The position numbers and the translations under genes were made by a program. From Synechococcus sp. A15-24 (GTDB lineage: Bacteria > Cyanobacteriota > Cyanobacteriia > PCC-6307 > Cyanobiaceae): DNA of 32,000 nt. Shown one piece after another: positions 16,321 to 23,690 of the stretch (position 1 is the stretch's first letter; every line of letters begins with the position of its first letter). The DNA lies in contig NZ_CP047960.1 in the NCBI RefSeq assembly GCF_014280195.1, positions 1,050,001-1,082,000 on the forward strand, written 5' to 3'. The notes below the pieces were generated by a model, which saw only the letters and a program-made list of their open reading frames with translations, had not been told where the DNA came from and did not search any database.

Positions 16321-16962
16321 CCCTGGACGGCTGGATTGGGACCACGTTGGTGTCCGGGCATGGCGTGGCGTCTGGCAGAAGCACCACATCCCCCTATCCA
16401 GAGGGCACCATTGCCATGCAGCAACCGTTGTTCGCTCAGCTTGGGCTGGATCTTTCTGACTGCTGGCCTGGAACGCTGAACCTCAGCGTTGCGCCGCTGG
16501 AGGTGCAACTTCGCGATCCCGACCACACGTTTCCCCATCTCTACTGGACAGACCTGCACCCACCGGAAACCTTCTCCTTCTGGCGCATCACCTTGCAATC
16601 AGCTGCTGATGGCGGGGTACCAGCCTGGATCTATTCCCCCTCCGGAAACGAAGGAGCGACACCAGCAGCCCCGATCCGTGGTGGAGGTGCTGGCACCAAG
16701 GCTGAACGCGGCTGGGCCTGGTACCGAGCTGCTGCTTTCCGACTCCATGCAGCGCATTGGTTGTGTTGATGGTCTGCGGCTGCGGGCTCAGTTGTTTGAG
16801 TTTTTGAAATTCCGCGTGCTCGCCGCCCAGGATGGATTTTTCGTGGAGTTCAGCGTTCAGGAACGCCGGGCCTGGCTTGCTCAGCACCATCCCCAGGCGC
16901 TGGTGTTGAACGATGCTTCTCTGCAGACGGTTTGGGACCGTACCCACTTGCTCAACACCTAG
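16317..16962 (+). pseudogene. Frameshifted gene: DUF120/CTP-dependent-riboflavin-kinase-like domain plus C-terminal extension, split at a C5 run (16636-16640)
   Basis: Frame of ORF 16263..16769 is protein-like only up to ...DGGVPAWIYSP. Frame of ORF 16489..16962 is protein-like only from ...PPETKERHQQPRSVVEVLAPRLN onward. Removing one C from the C5 run joins them as ...AWIYSPPETKERH... N-part VSGHGVASG...YPEGTI...PLF..LG......PGTLNL and C-part P.ET..H.....VEVLAP.L resemble archaeal riboflavin kinase (e.g. MJ0056) as I remember it. Confidence 0.55.
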
Positions 16963-17028
16963 TCGTTCAAGCAAACGCCAAACAAAGGCCAGTCTTCTTA
17001 ATATTTATTCATTCAAAAAGTTCTGTAG

Positions 17029-17193
17029 ATGGCGCCTGAAGATGCTTTCCAGCGCGAGGTCTTCCGCCGCGAGCTGGATGATGAAGCAGATGCATCGCGT
17101 CTGCGGGCGCTTGCGTTGGAGCTTTACGACCTGTGGCAACGCCAGCGCTCGGTGACCAATCAGCTGGTTCTGCAAGACATCCATCAGTCCTGA
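17029..17193 (+). CDS. Hypothetical 54-aa helical peptide, tentatively NblA-like
   Basis: Own translation: MAPEDAFQREVFRRELDDEADASRLRALALELYDLWQRQRSVTNQLVLQDIHQS. Preceded by an AT-rich stretch with TAATAT (16999-17004). Length and the F..(E/Q)..FR......(7-10)..L..LA.ELY pattern recall NblA, but only at pattern level. Confidence 0.4.
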   Translation: MAPEDAFQREVFRRELDDEADASRLRALALELYDLWQRQRSVTNQLVLQDIHQS

Positions 17194-17199
17194 TCTGGT

Positions 17200-18216
17200 T
17201 CAGTTGTCGCCAAGGCGCTGATGTTCGGCGGCGGCCATTTGTTGAACGAGGGCCTGGCCTCGGCTTCGGGATTTGCCCTCCAGTTGCGCCTCTCTGATCA
17301 ATAGCGGGCAGCCGGAACTGCTCACCACAAGACCCAGGTCCTGAATGCAGGCCAAAACGGTGCCACCGGCATGACCTCCAGTGGGCCACTGACCGATGAG
17401 CACTTGAGCCTCTGGGCTGAGTTGATCCTTCAGACGATCGATCAGGGGTTCTGTCTCCGTGAGCTTGAGGCATTTGCCATTCCAGCTGGTCTGTGCTCCG
17501 GGATAGAGCCCCATCACCTGGCGGTGGATGGCCAGGGCAAGGTTGCTCCAATCAATCTGGTAATCCTGTTTGAGGAGCATTCGGGCATAGCAGCTGGATT
17601 CGGTCTGGTGCTGCACGCCGAGCCGTTTCAACCGTTCATCGGTTGGACCTGCACCTGCTGCTTCGATCAGCTGCATCGCCTCCACCATCAGCTCCGCCGT
17701 CAGTCCACTGAGTTTCTCCGCCAGTGCATGGGCATTGTCCTGAAGCCCGATGCTCAACCGGCGTTCCAGCAACACCGGACCGGTGTCCAGGCCTTCCTCC
17801 ATGGCCATCACGCCGACACCGGTTTCCGCATCACCGTCGAGAATCGACCATTGAATCGGGGCCGCCCCCCGCCAGCGCGGCAATAACGAACCGTGACCGT
17901 TCCAACACCCCAGTGGCGGTTGTTCCAACACCTCGAGCGGCAGGATCTGGCCGAAGGCCACTACCACTGACACATCAGCCTTGAGGGCTGACAACTGCGC
18001 CTGGCAGTCAGGATCTTTCTTGATCCGTTCCGGCGTGAACACCGGCAGGTTGAGGTTCAGGGCCTCCTGTTTCACGGCCGAAGCCACCAGCTGTTGACCC
18101 CGTCCTCGGCGGCGATCCGGCTGACTCACCACCCCAACGATCGTGTGCCCGGCCTGATGCAGCTTTCTCAGGGTTGGGACAGCATAGGCCGGTGTTCCCC
18201 AGTAGAGGATGCGCAA
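17200..18216 (-). CDS. fmt: Methionyl-tRNA formyltransferase
   Basis: MRILYWGTPAYAVPTL N-terminus, HGSLLPRWRGAAPIQW motif, 338 aa. Apparent TTG start 2 nt after the pmbA stop. Confidence 0.95.
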   Translation of the reverse strand: MRILYWGTPAYAVPTLRKLHQAGHTIVGVVSQPDRRRGRGQQLVASAVKQEALNLNLPVFTPERIKKDPDCQAQLSALKADVSVVVAFGQILPLEVLEQPPLGCWNGHGSLLPRWRGAAPIQWSILDGDAETGVGVMAMEEGLDTGPVLLERRLSIGLQDNAHALAEKLSGLTAELMVEAMQLIEAAGAGPTDERLKRLGVQHQTESSCYARMLLKQDYQIDWSNLALAIHRQVMGLYPGAQTSWNGKCLKLTETEPLIDRLKDQLSPEAQVLIGQWPTGGHAGGTVLACIQDLGLVVSSSGCPLLIREAQLEGKSRSRGQALVQQMAAAEHQRLGDN

Positions 18217-18218
18217 GG

Positions 18219-19583
18219 TCAGGCTTCCCCAGTGATGGAGAGGCCCTCCACCCAGACGTGGGGCGCCACACCACGATGGGTGACCTCCTGTGTTGGTTCT
18301 AGGTGAAGAATCGATGTCAACAGGCTGCGGATGTCTCCGGCAACTGTTGCTGCTTCAACCGAGATCCTTTCCCCGCCTTTCACCAGCCATCCATCGAAAG
18401 GGAGCGAAAACGACCCCTGGGTAGCTTTGACCCCGGCATGAAGGGCGGAAAGATCTTCGATCAGCACAAAGGTGTCCGTTTCGCGGGTGTGATCCAGCTC
18501 CTGGCCGCTGGTTTGACCCGGGGTGGTGCCGACGACGAACCAATCGGGACCGACGGAAACTTTGGCTCCAAGGCCGGCATGGCCGGTGGGCTTCACCCCA
18601 AACGCTCTAGCCGTGGCCTCTGAATGCAGGAAATTGCGAAGACAACCGGACTCGATCAACGACAACCTTTGAGTGGGTGTGCCCTCACCATCGAAGGGAG
18701 ATGCGCTGATGTGATCCGGGTGCAAGCCATTGTCCTCAAGCGATAGGAACGGGACTGCCAGGGTCTGACCAAGGCTTTCGCGGGTGCTGAGGCTGACTCC
18801 ATCGAGGACGGCCCTTGCACTGAACATGCTGCTGAAGGCACCGATCAGGGAGAGGAAGGCTTCCGGTGTGAAACACACGCGATAACTACCGGTCTCGATC
18901 GGCTGATAGGCCAGATGACTGACGGTTCGCTCAACCGCTTCATCAATGCAACCCTGAATGTCCAGATCGCTGCTCCCAAGGGCCATGCGGATGGCACCGG
19001 AACTGCGGGGCTTGCGGCCGCTCTCCTCAGCCCGGGCATAGAGGTACAGGCTGGCCTGGGTGCGCTCCATCGTGCGGATGGCACCATCGCTGTTGAGGTA
19101 AAGGTTGGTGGACAGCGACTCGGCCAGACCGTTGTACGGAACGGTTTGGATGGCTGGATGACGGCTGAGCAGCTCCGCTTCCGCTGCACGCAGATCCTTG
19201 AGCAACGGCAGGATGCCCTGACGTGGCATCAGGGGACGATCCAGTTGCGGCAATGGAACCGTTGCCATCGGTGAAAACTGCGGCACATCATCGGGATTGC
19301 CGAATCCACTGGCCTGTTGGGCCCCTTCCAAGGCACGGGCCAGCCCGGAGTCCGTCAAATCAGTGGTGCTGGTGATGCCCACCAGGCCGTCACTGTTCCA
19401 GACCCGCACCTTGATCGAGCTGCGCTGCGCAGCCTTCAACTGTTTGGCTTCGCCGCGGTCCACCTGGACTGAGCAGTCATCGCTGCAGGCGGCGCCAAGA
19501 TCCCACTGACGGATACCAGCGGACGTTGCCAGCGTCTGAACCCGATCTCTGAGCGTGCCCGCATCGAGGGTGTTGTTGGACAT
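18219..19583 (-). CDS. pmbA: PmbA/TldE-family metalloprotease subunit
   Basis: 454-aa TldD/PmbA-fold protein lacking the HExxxH motif, immediately downstream of tldD (2-nt gap). Confidence 0.88.
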   Translation of the reverse strand: MSNNTLDAGTLRDRVQTLATSAGIRQWDLGAACSDDCSVQVDRGEAKQLKAAQRSSIKVRVWNSDGLVGITSTTDLTDSGLARALEGAQQASGFGNPDDVPQFSPMATVPLPQLDRPLMPRQGILPLLKDLRAAEAELLSRHPAIQTVPYNGLAESLSTNLYLNSDGAIRTMERTQASLYLYARAEESGRKPRSSGAIRMALGSSDLDIQGCIDEAVERTVSHLAYQPIETGSYRVCFTPEAFLSLIGAFSSMFSARAVLDGVSLSTRESLGQTLAVPFLSLEDNGLHPDHISASPFDGEGTPTQRLSLIESGCLRNFLHSEATARAFGVKPTGHAGLGAKVSVGPDWFVVGTTPGQTSGQELDHTRETDTFVLIEDLSALHAGVKATQGSFSLPFDGWLVKGGERISVEAATVAGDIRSLLTSILHLEPTQEVTHRGVAPHVWVEGLSITGEA

Positions 19584-19585
19584 GG

Positions 19586-20995
19586 TCAGCGACCTCCCAC
19601 CGTGATCGAATCCACCTTGATGTGGGGTTGACCGACGGTGACGAAAATGCTGCCGCTCACGGAGCCGCAGTAACCAGCGGCAAGATCCAGATCATCGGCA
19701 CACATCGAAATCCGAGGCATCACGTCCTTGGCATCACCGATCAGCGTTGCTCCCTTCACCGGGCGGGTGAGATTTCCGTTTTCGATCAGGTAGCCCTCCT
19801 CCACAGAGAAGTTGAACTGACCGGTGGGGCCCACACTGCCGCCACCCATCGACTTGCAGTAGAGACCCCGTTCCACAGAGGCGATCAGGTCGTTGGGATT
19901 GTGCGGCCCTGCATCGATGTAAGTGTTCCGCATCCGGCTGGCGGCGGCGAAGGCATGGCTCTGACGCCGACCGCTGCCCGTGCGCTGATGACCTGTGCGC
20001 AGTTCACCGGCGCGATCACTGATGAAACGCTGCAGTACGCCTTCCTTGATCAGCACTGTGCGCTGGGGCTCCATCCCCTCGTCATCCATGGACAGCGACC
20101 CGAAGGCACCACTGCTCAAACCTTCATCTATGGCAGTGACGGCTGGATGGGCAATCAGCTCACCCACCTGCTCCGCGAAGGGTGTCGTGCCCCGTTCGAT
20201 CTGGGTGGTTTCCAACAGATGTCCGCAGGCTTCGTGGAAGATCACACCACCAAAACGGTTGGCCAGGACCACGGGCATCTGTCCGGCTTCCACATAGTCG
20301 GCACGAAGCATGGTGCCGGCGCTCTCGCAGACTTCAGCAGCGCTGCTTTCCACATTCCAGGTGAAGAGATCATCGGGGCGATCAGTGCTGCCGTAGCGAC
20401 GACCCACGCTTGAGCGATGGTCCCCATCTGCCGCCAAGACGGACAGACCCGTCGACTGATGCAGACGAATATCACGGGCGAATGTGCCATCGGAGGCCGC
20501 CACCAGAACCTCCTGCCAATCCCGTGCGTAGCTGCCGCGACGCACCTGAAGGTGCTGGCCAAGCCGTTCAAGCTGGGATGTTCCCTCCAGCAAACGGGAA
20601 CTGGCATCACGCATCGTTGGGCATTGCTGCAGCCAACTGGTTTTCTCGAGGGCGTAATCCTTGAGAGCTCCGAGGCCTTCAAACGATGAACTGCCGGCCA
20701 GACCGTTGGCTTCCAGGTTGAGCATGGCCAGCGCCTGATCCAACGCCCGGGTCAAGCCGTCCACGCTCAGGTCATTGGTGCTGACGAATCCATCCCATCC
20801 GTTGAGAAACACACGGATGCCAGCCCCACGGGCAAAGGTGGGATTGACGCTGGTGATTCGCTCCTGCTCAGCCAGGAGACCGAGGTGATCGGTGTGTTCC
20901 AGGAACACTTCCACCAGGTCAGCTCCGGCGCCGCTGCCGCGCTGCAGCAGGGCCTGAAGGGTGGAACTCCAGGCTTGGGAAAAGGATTCAGTCAA
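19586..20995 (-). CDS. tldD: TldD-family zinc metalloprotease
   Basis: 469 aa with the HEACGH metal site and the GxC...GG C-terminal pattern. Apparent TTG start 3 nt after the acsF stop. Confidence 0.92.
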   Translation of the reverse strand: MTESFSQAWSSTLQALLQRGSGAGADLVEVFLEHTDHLGLLAEQERITSVNPTFARGAGIRVFLNGWDGFVSTNDLSVDGLTRALDQALAMLNLEANGLAGSSSFEGLGALKDYALEKTSWLQQCPTMRDASSRLLEGTSQLERLGQHLQVRRGSYARDWQEVLVAASDGTFARDIRLHQSTGLSVLAADGDHRSSVGRRYGSTDRPDDLFTWNVESSAAEVCESAGTMLRADYVEAGQMPVVLANRFGGVIFHEACGHLLETTQIERGTTPFAEQVGELIAHPAVTAIDEGLSSGAFGSLSMDDEGMEPQRTVLIKEGVLQRFISDRAGELRTGHQRTGSGRRQSHAFAAASRMRNTYIDAGPHNPNDLIASVERGLYCKSMGGGSVGPTGQFNFSVEEGYLIENGNLTRPVKGATLIGDAKDVMPRISMCADDLDLAAGYCGSVSGSIFVTVGQPHIKVDSITVGGR

Positions 20996-20998
20996 TGA

Positions 20999-22084
20999 TC
21001 AACGCACGGCGGGCTGAAACTTGGCGCTGTCGATCGGAGACATCAGGAACAAATTGGCCATTTCGGCACCATTGCTGATCCAGCGGGGAAGCTTCTTAAG
21101 GAGCTTCAGGGGAGCAGGGCTGGAGCTCCGATCTGCAGCCTCGAGAGCTGCGTTGTTCTCCACTAGACGTTCCAAACGTGTCCAAAATTTGGGATTGTTC
21201 ACATCGAGAACAACGGGGAACACCCGGGCTGTTGTTTCGTTGGTTTTTTCGATCACCATCTTGTCGTAGGTGCGTGCATCGAGTCCGAGTGCTTCGTAGA
21301 ACTCCTTGCGGGCCACATCACGCACGTACATGGTGGCGAACACGGCAAGCAGGAAGAAGCGGCACCACAGCTTCGCGATCGGACCACGCACCGTGTCGGG
21401 CTGAGACTTCATCAGGGCATCAAAGAAGTCGCCGTGACGGTTCTCGTCCTGACACCAATTCTCGAAGTAGTTGAAGATCGGGAAGATCTTGCTCTCGGGA
21501 TTCTTCTCAAGGTGGCGGTAAATGGCGATGTAGCGCCAGTAGCCGATCTTCTCGGATAAATAGGTGGCGTAGAAGATGAATTTGGGTTGGAAGAAGGTGT
21601 AGTCCTTGTTCGCGGTGAGGAAGCCGAGATCCAGCTGCATGCCGAAATCACTCATTGCCTTGTTGAGGAATCCGGCATGGCGGGCTTCATCCCGTGCCAT
21701 GTGGGCAAAGCATTCAGCCAGCAGGGGATTTTGCTGCTTGATACGACGGCTCAGTTCCTTGTAAAGAAGAAAACCAGAGAATTCCGACGTGCAGCTCTGT
21801 TCCAGGAATTCAACGAAGACCCGACGGGTCTCGGGGTCAAGTTTGTCTGCAGCACCGTCAAAGTCGTCGTTGCGAACGAAGTGATGGCGGTTGTAATCCT
21901 TGCGGAATTCCTCGCAGATGGCCTCCAGTTCTGCCTCATTGGGACGAAGATCCATGGCAGCCATGGCATCAAAGTCCGTGGTGTAAAACCGCGGTGTGAG
22001 GATCGTGTCCTTAACAGGATCCTTCGTTGCAACGGCGTTGGCTTCTGCGACGGCGGTAGGCGGGACCATCGGCTCCGATTTCAC
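20999..22084 (-). CDS. acsF: Mg-protoporphyrin IX monomethyl ester oxidative cyclase (aerobic)
   Basis: [12 protein letters not shown] signature and di-iron carboxylate motifs ([20 protein letters not shown]). Start GTG 22084 or ATG 22069. Confidence 0.95.
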   Translation of the reverse strand: MKSEPMVPPTAVAEANAVATKDPVKDTILTPRFYTTDFDAMAAMDLRPNEAELEAICEEFRKDYNRHHFVRNDDFDGAADKLDPETRRVFVEFLEQSCTSEFSGFLLYKELSRRIKQQNPLLAECFAHMARDEARHAGFLNKAMSDFGMQLDLGFLTANKDYTFFQPKFIFYATYLSEKIGYWRYIAIYRHLEKNPESKIFPIFNYFENWCQDENRHGDFFDALMKSQPDTVRGPIAKLWCRFFLLAVFATMYVRDVARKEFYEALGLDARTYDKMVIEKTNETTARVFPVVLDVNNPKFWTRLERLVENNAALEAADRSSSPAPLKLLKKLPRWISNGAEMANLFLMSPIDSAKFQPAVR

Positions 22085-22126
22085 GTGCAGACCAATGTAG
22101 GGCTGACAGTGCGGGGTTCGAGCTGA

Positions 22127-22567
22127 TCAGTTACGTCCGAGCCATTTCTGGCCATTCAGCCGTTGCAGTAGGCGTGACACCAGCAGCGGCAGCGACATCC
22201 GCTTTTCGTCGATCAGGAACGATTCCAGCAGGGTCGGTTTACTGCCGGCTTCAGCCAAGGCGATCAGCTTGGGACTGGCGATGTCGGCGTCGCCGAAGCA
22301 GAGCCAGAAGCGCCTGCCGCCTGGCAGCTCACCAACCACCATCGGACAGCTTCCCCCGACCACGGGGCGGTCCCCCTCAACCCGCTCCAGACGATCAGCC
22401 TGGATGCCGTTGTCCTCGAGCTGCTTGCTCACCGCAGGGATGAACAGAGTGTCGATGAACTCCGGAAAGGGCTTGTCTTCAGGTTTCGGGGGTTTCGGCT
22501 TTGGCTTGGGGGCCGCTTTTGTGACCTCTGGGGCTGCAGCAGAGGCCGAATCGGGAGTGTCGCTCAC
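22127..22567 (-). CDS. Cyanobacterial/plastid-type hypothetical protein (DUF2996-like, from memory)
   Basis: 146 aa. Lys/Pro-rich N-terminus (KPKPKPPKPEDKPFPEFI), then a conserved-looking globular part (LFIPAVSKQLEDNGI...). Confidence 0.6.
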   Translation of the reverse strand: MSDTPDSASAAAPEVTKAAPKPKPKPPKPEDKPFPEFIDTLFIPAVSKQLEDNGIQADRLERVEGDRPVVGGSCPMVVGELPGGRRFWLCFGDADIASPKLIALAEAGSKPTLLESFLIDEKRMSLPLLVSRLLQRLNGQKWLGRN

Positions 22568-22612
22568 CGGGTCCTGATTTCTGCGTGAACTGTAGTCAGC
22601 GTTGGTCGCGTC

Positions 22613-23083
22613 TCACCAATCAAGATCCGGATCAAGTCCCCAGCCATCTGAGCTTGATGGGGTTGGATCAACCGCTTGCGATGGAGGGGAGGGTTCTGAT
22701 GGGGTGGCTCGTTTCTCGGAGTGCGGTTTCTGAACAATCCTGTAAGGAACGGCCACGGTTGGGGCTGGTTCGCGCACATCCCGTTGGGGCGGTGGTGTGA
22801 CCACCTCACGCAACTCCGGTTCAGGTCTGGGTCGCTCCAGCGGTTGATGCCGTTGTCGTCGAAGCGGTGGGGTGTTTGGTTTTAGCAACAGAACTGAGAC
22901 AGCGCTGAGTCCAGCTCCTGTCAGCCCGGCCAGGGCTGTCCAGGCGCCTACAGGGAGGGGTGGCGACCGCCAGATCAGCAACTGCAGACGAGTGTTGCCG
23001 GAGCTGTTGAAGGCTGATGCCAGCAGCACTGCCGCCAACGGCGCCAGGCATGGCACGAGCAACCAGCGCTGGAGGGAGCTCAT
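22613..23083 (-). CDS. Two-TM membrane protein (LapA/DUF1049-like) with Pro-rich tail
   Basis: Two hydrophobic helices in the first ~65 aa, then a Pro/Arg/Glu-rich low-complexity tail ending DGWGLDPDLDW. ATG overlaps the ubiX stop (ATGA 23080-23083). Confidence 0.6.
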   Translation of the reverse strand: MSSLQRWLLVPCLAPLAAVLLASAFNSSGNTRLQLLIWRSPPLPVGAWTALAGLTGAGLSAVSVLLLKPNTPPLRRQRHQPLERPRPEPELREVVTPPPQRDVREPAPTVAVPYRIVQKPHSEKRATPSEPSPPSQAVDPTPSSSDGWGLDPDLDW

Positions 23084-23688
23084 TTGATCGGTCCAGTCCA
23101 GCGCCGCAGGGGAGCCAGATCATCCTCGAATCCGTCGAGCAGACGAATCACGATGAAGTCGACCATCTCCTCGAGGGTTCTGGGTTGGGTGTACCAGGCA
23201 GGAATCGGCGCGGCGATGCGTGCGCCGGCTTCCGCCAGCGCCGTGAGATTGCGCAGGTGAATCAGGTTGAAGGGCATCTCACGGGGAGCGATCAGCAGCG
23301 GGCGCCCTTCCTTGAGGTGCACGTCAGCGCAGCGTTCGATCAGATCCATCGCAACGCCGGCCTGGATCCGCCCCACCGTTCCCATGCTGCAGGGAACGAT
23401 CAACATGCCACTGGTGCGAAAGCTTCCGCTGGCGATGCCGACACTCTGGTCATTCCAGCGATGGCAGAACAGCTCTCCTTCGCTGCAATTCAGACGCTCA
23501 CGCCAGAAGCTGACCTGACGCTCGGGATTCACTGGCACCTGCACACCCTGCTCCGCCTGGAACACCGCATAGGCGCCTCTGCTCAGCACCAGATGGACAC
23601 TGCGACCTGCCTGCAGGAGGAGCTGAAGGGTGCGTTCGGCCAGCGGCTGGGCGGAGGCACCTGTGACAGCCAGCACATAGGGGTGCAT
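23080..23688 (-). CDS. ubiX: Flavin prenyltransferase UbiX
   Basis: N-terminal VLAVTGASA, IVPCSMGTVGRIQAG, LIAPREMPFNLIHLRNL; 202 aa. Confidence 0.92.
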   Translation of the reverse strand: MHPYVLAVTGASAQPLAERTLQLLLQAGRSVHLVLSRGAYAVFQAEQGVQVPVNPERQVSFWRERLNCSEGELFCHRWNDQSVGIASGSFRTSGMLIVPCSMGTVGRIQAGVAMDLIERCADVHLKEGRPLLIAPREMPFNLIHLRNLTALAEAGARIAAPIPAWYTQPRTLEEMVDFIVIRLLDGFEDDLAPLRRWTGPIK

Positions 23689-23690
23689 GG

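Noticed and set aside
16263-16962. Treating ORFs 16263..16769 and 16489..16962 as two independent overlapping genes
   Set aside because: Each ORF is protein-like over only half its length, and the halves meet at a C5 run. A single frameshifted gene starting at ATG 16317 is more parsimonious, though homology data are needed.
17009-20682. Antisense/off-frame ORFs within fmt, pmbA and tldD (17009..17551 -, 17371..17886 +, 19622..20413 + of 263 aa, and others)
   Set aside because: Shadow ORFs in high-GC coding sequence; the host genes have diagnostic motifs.
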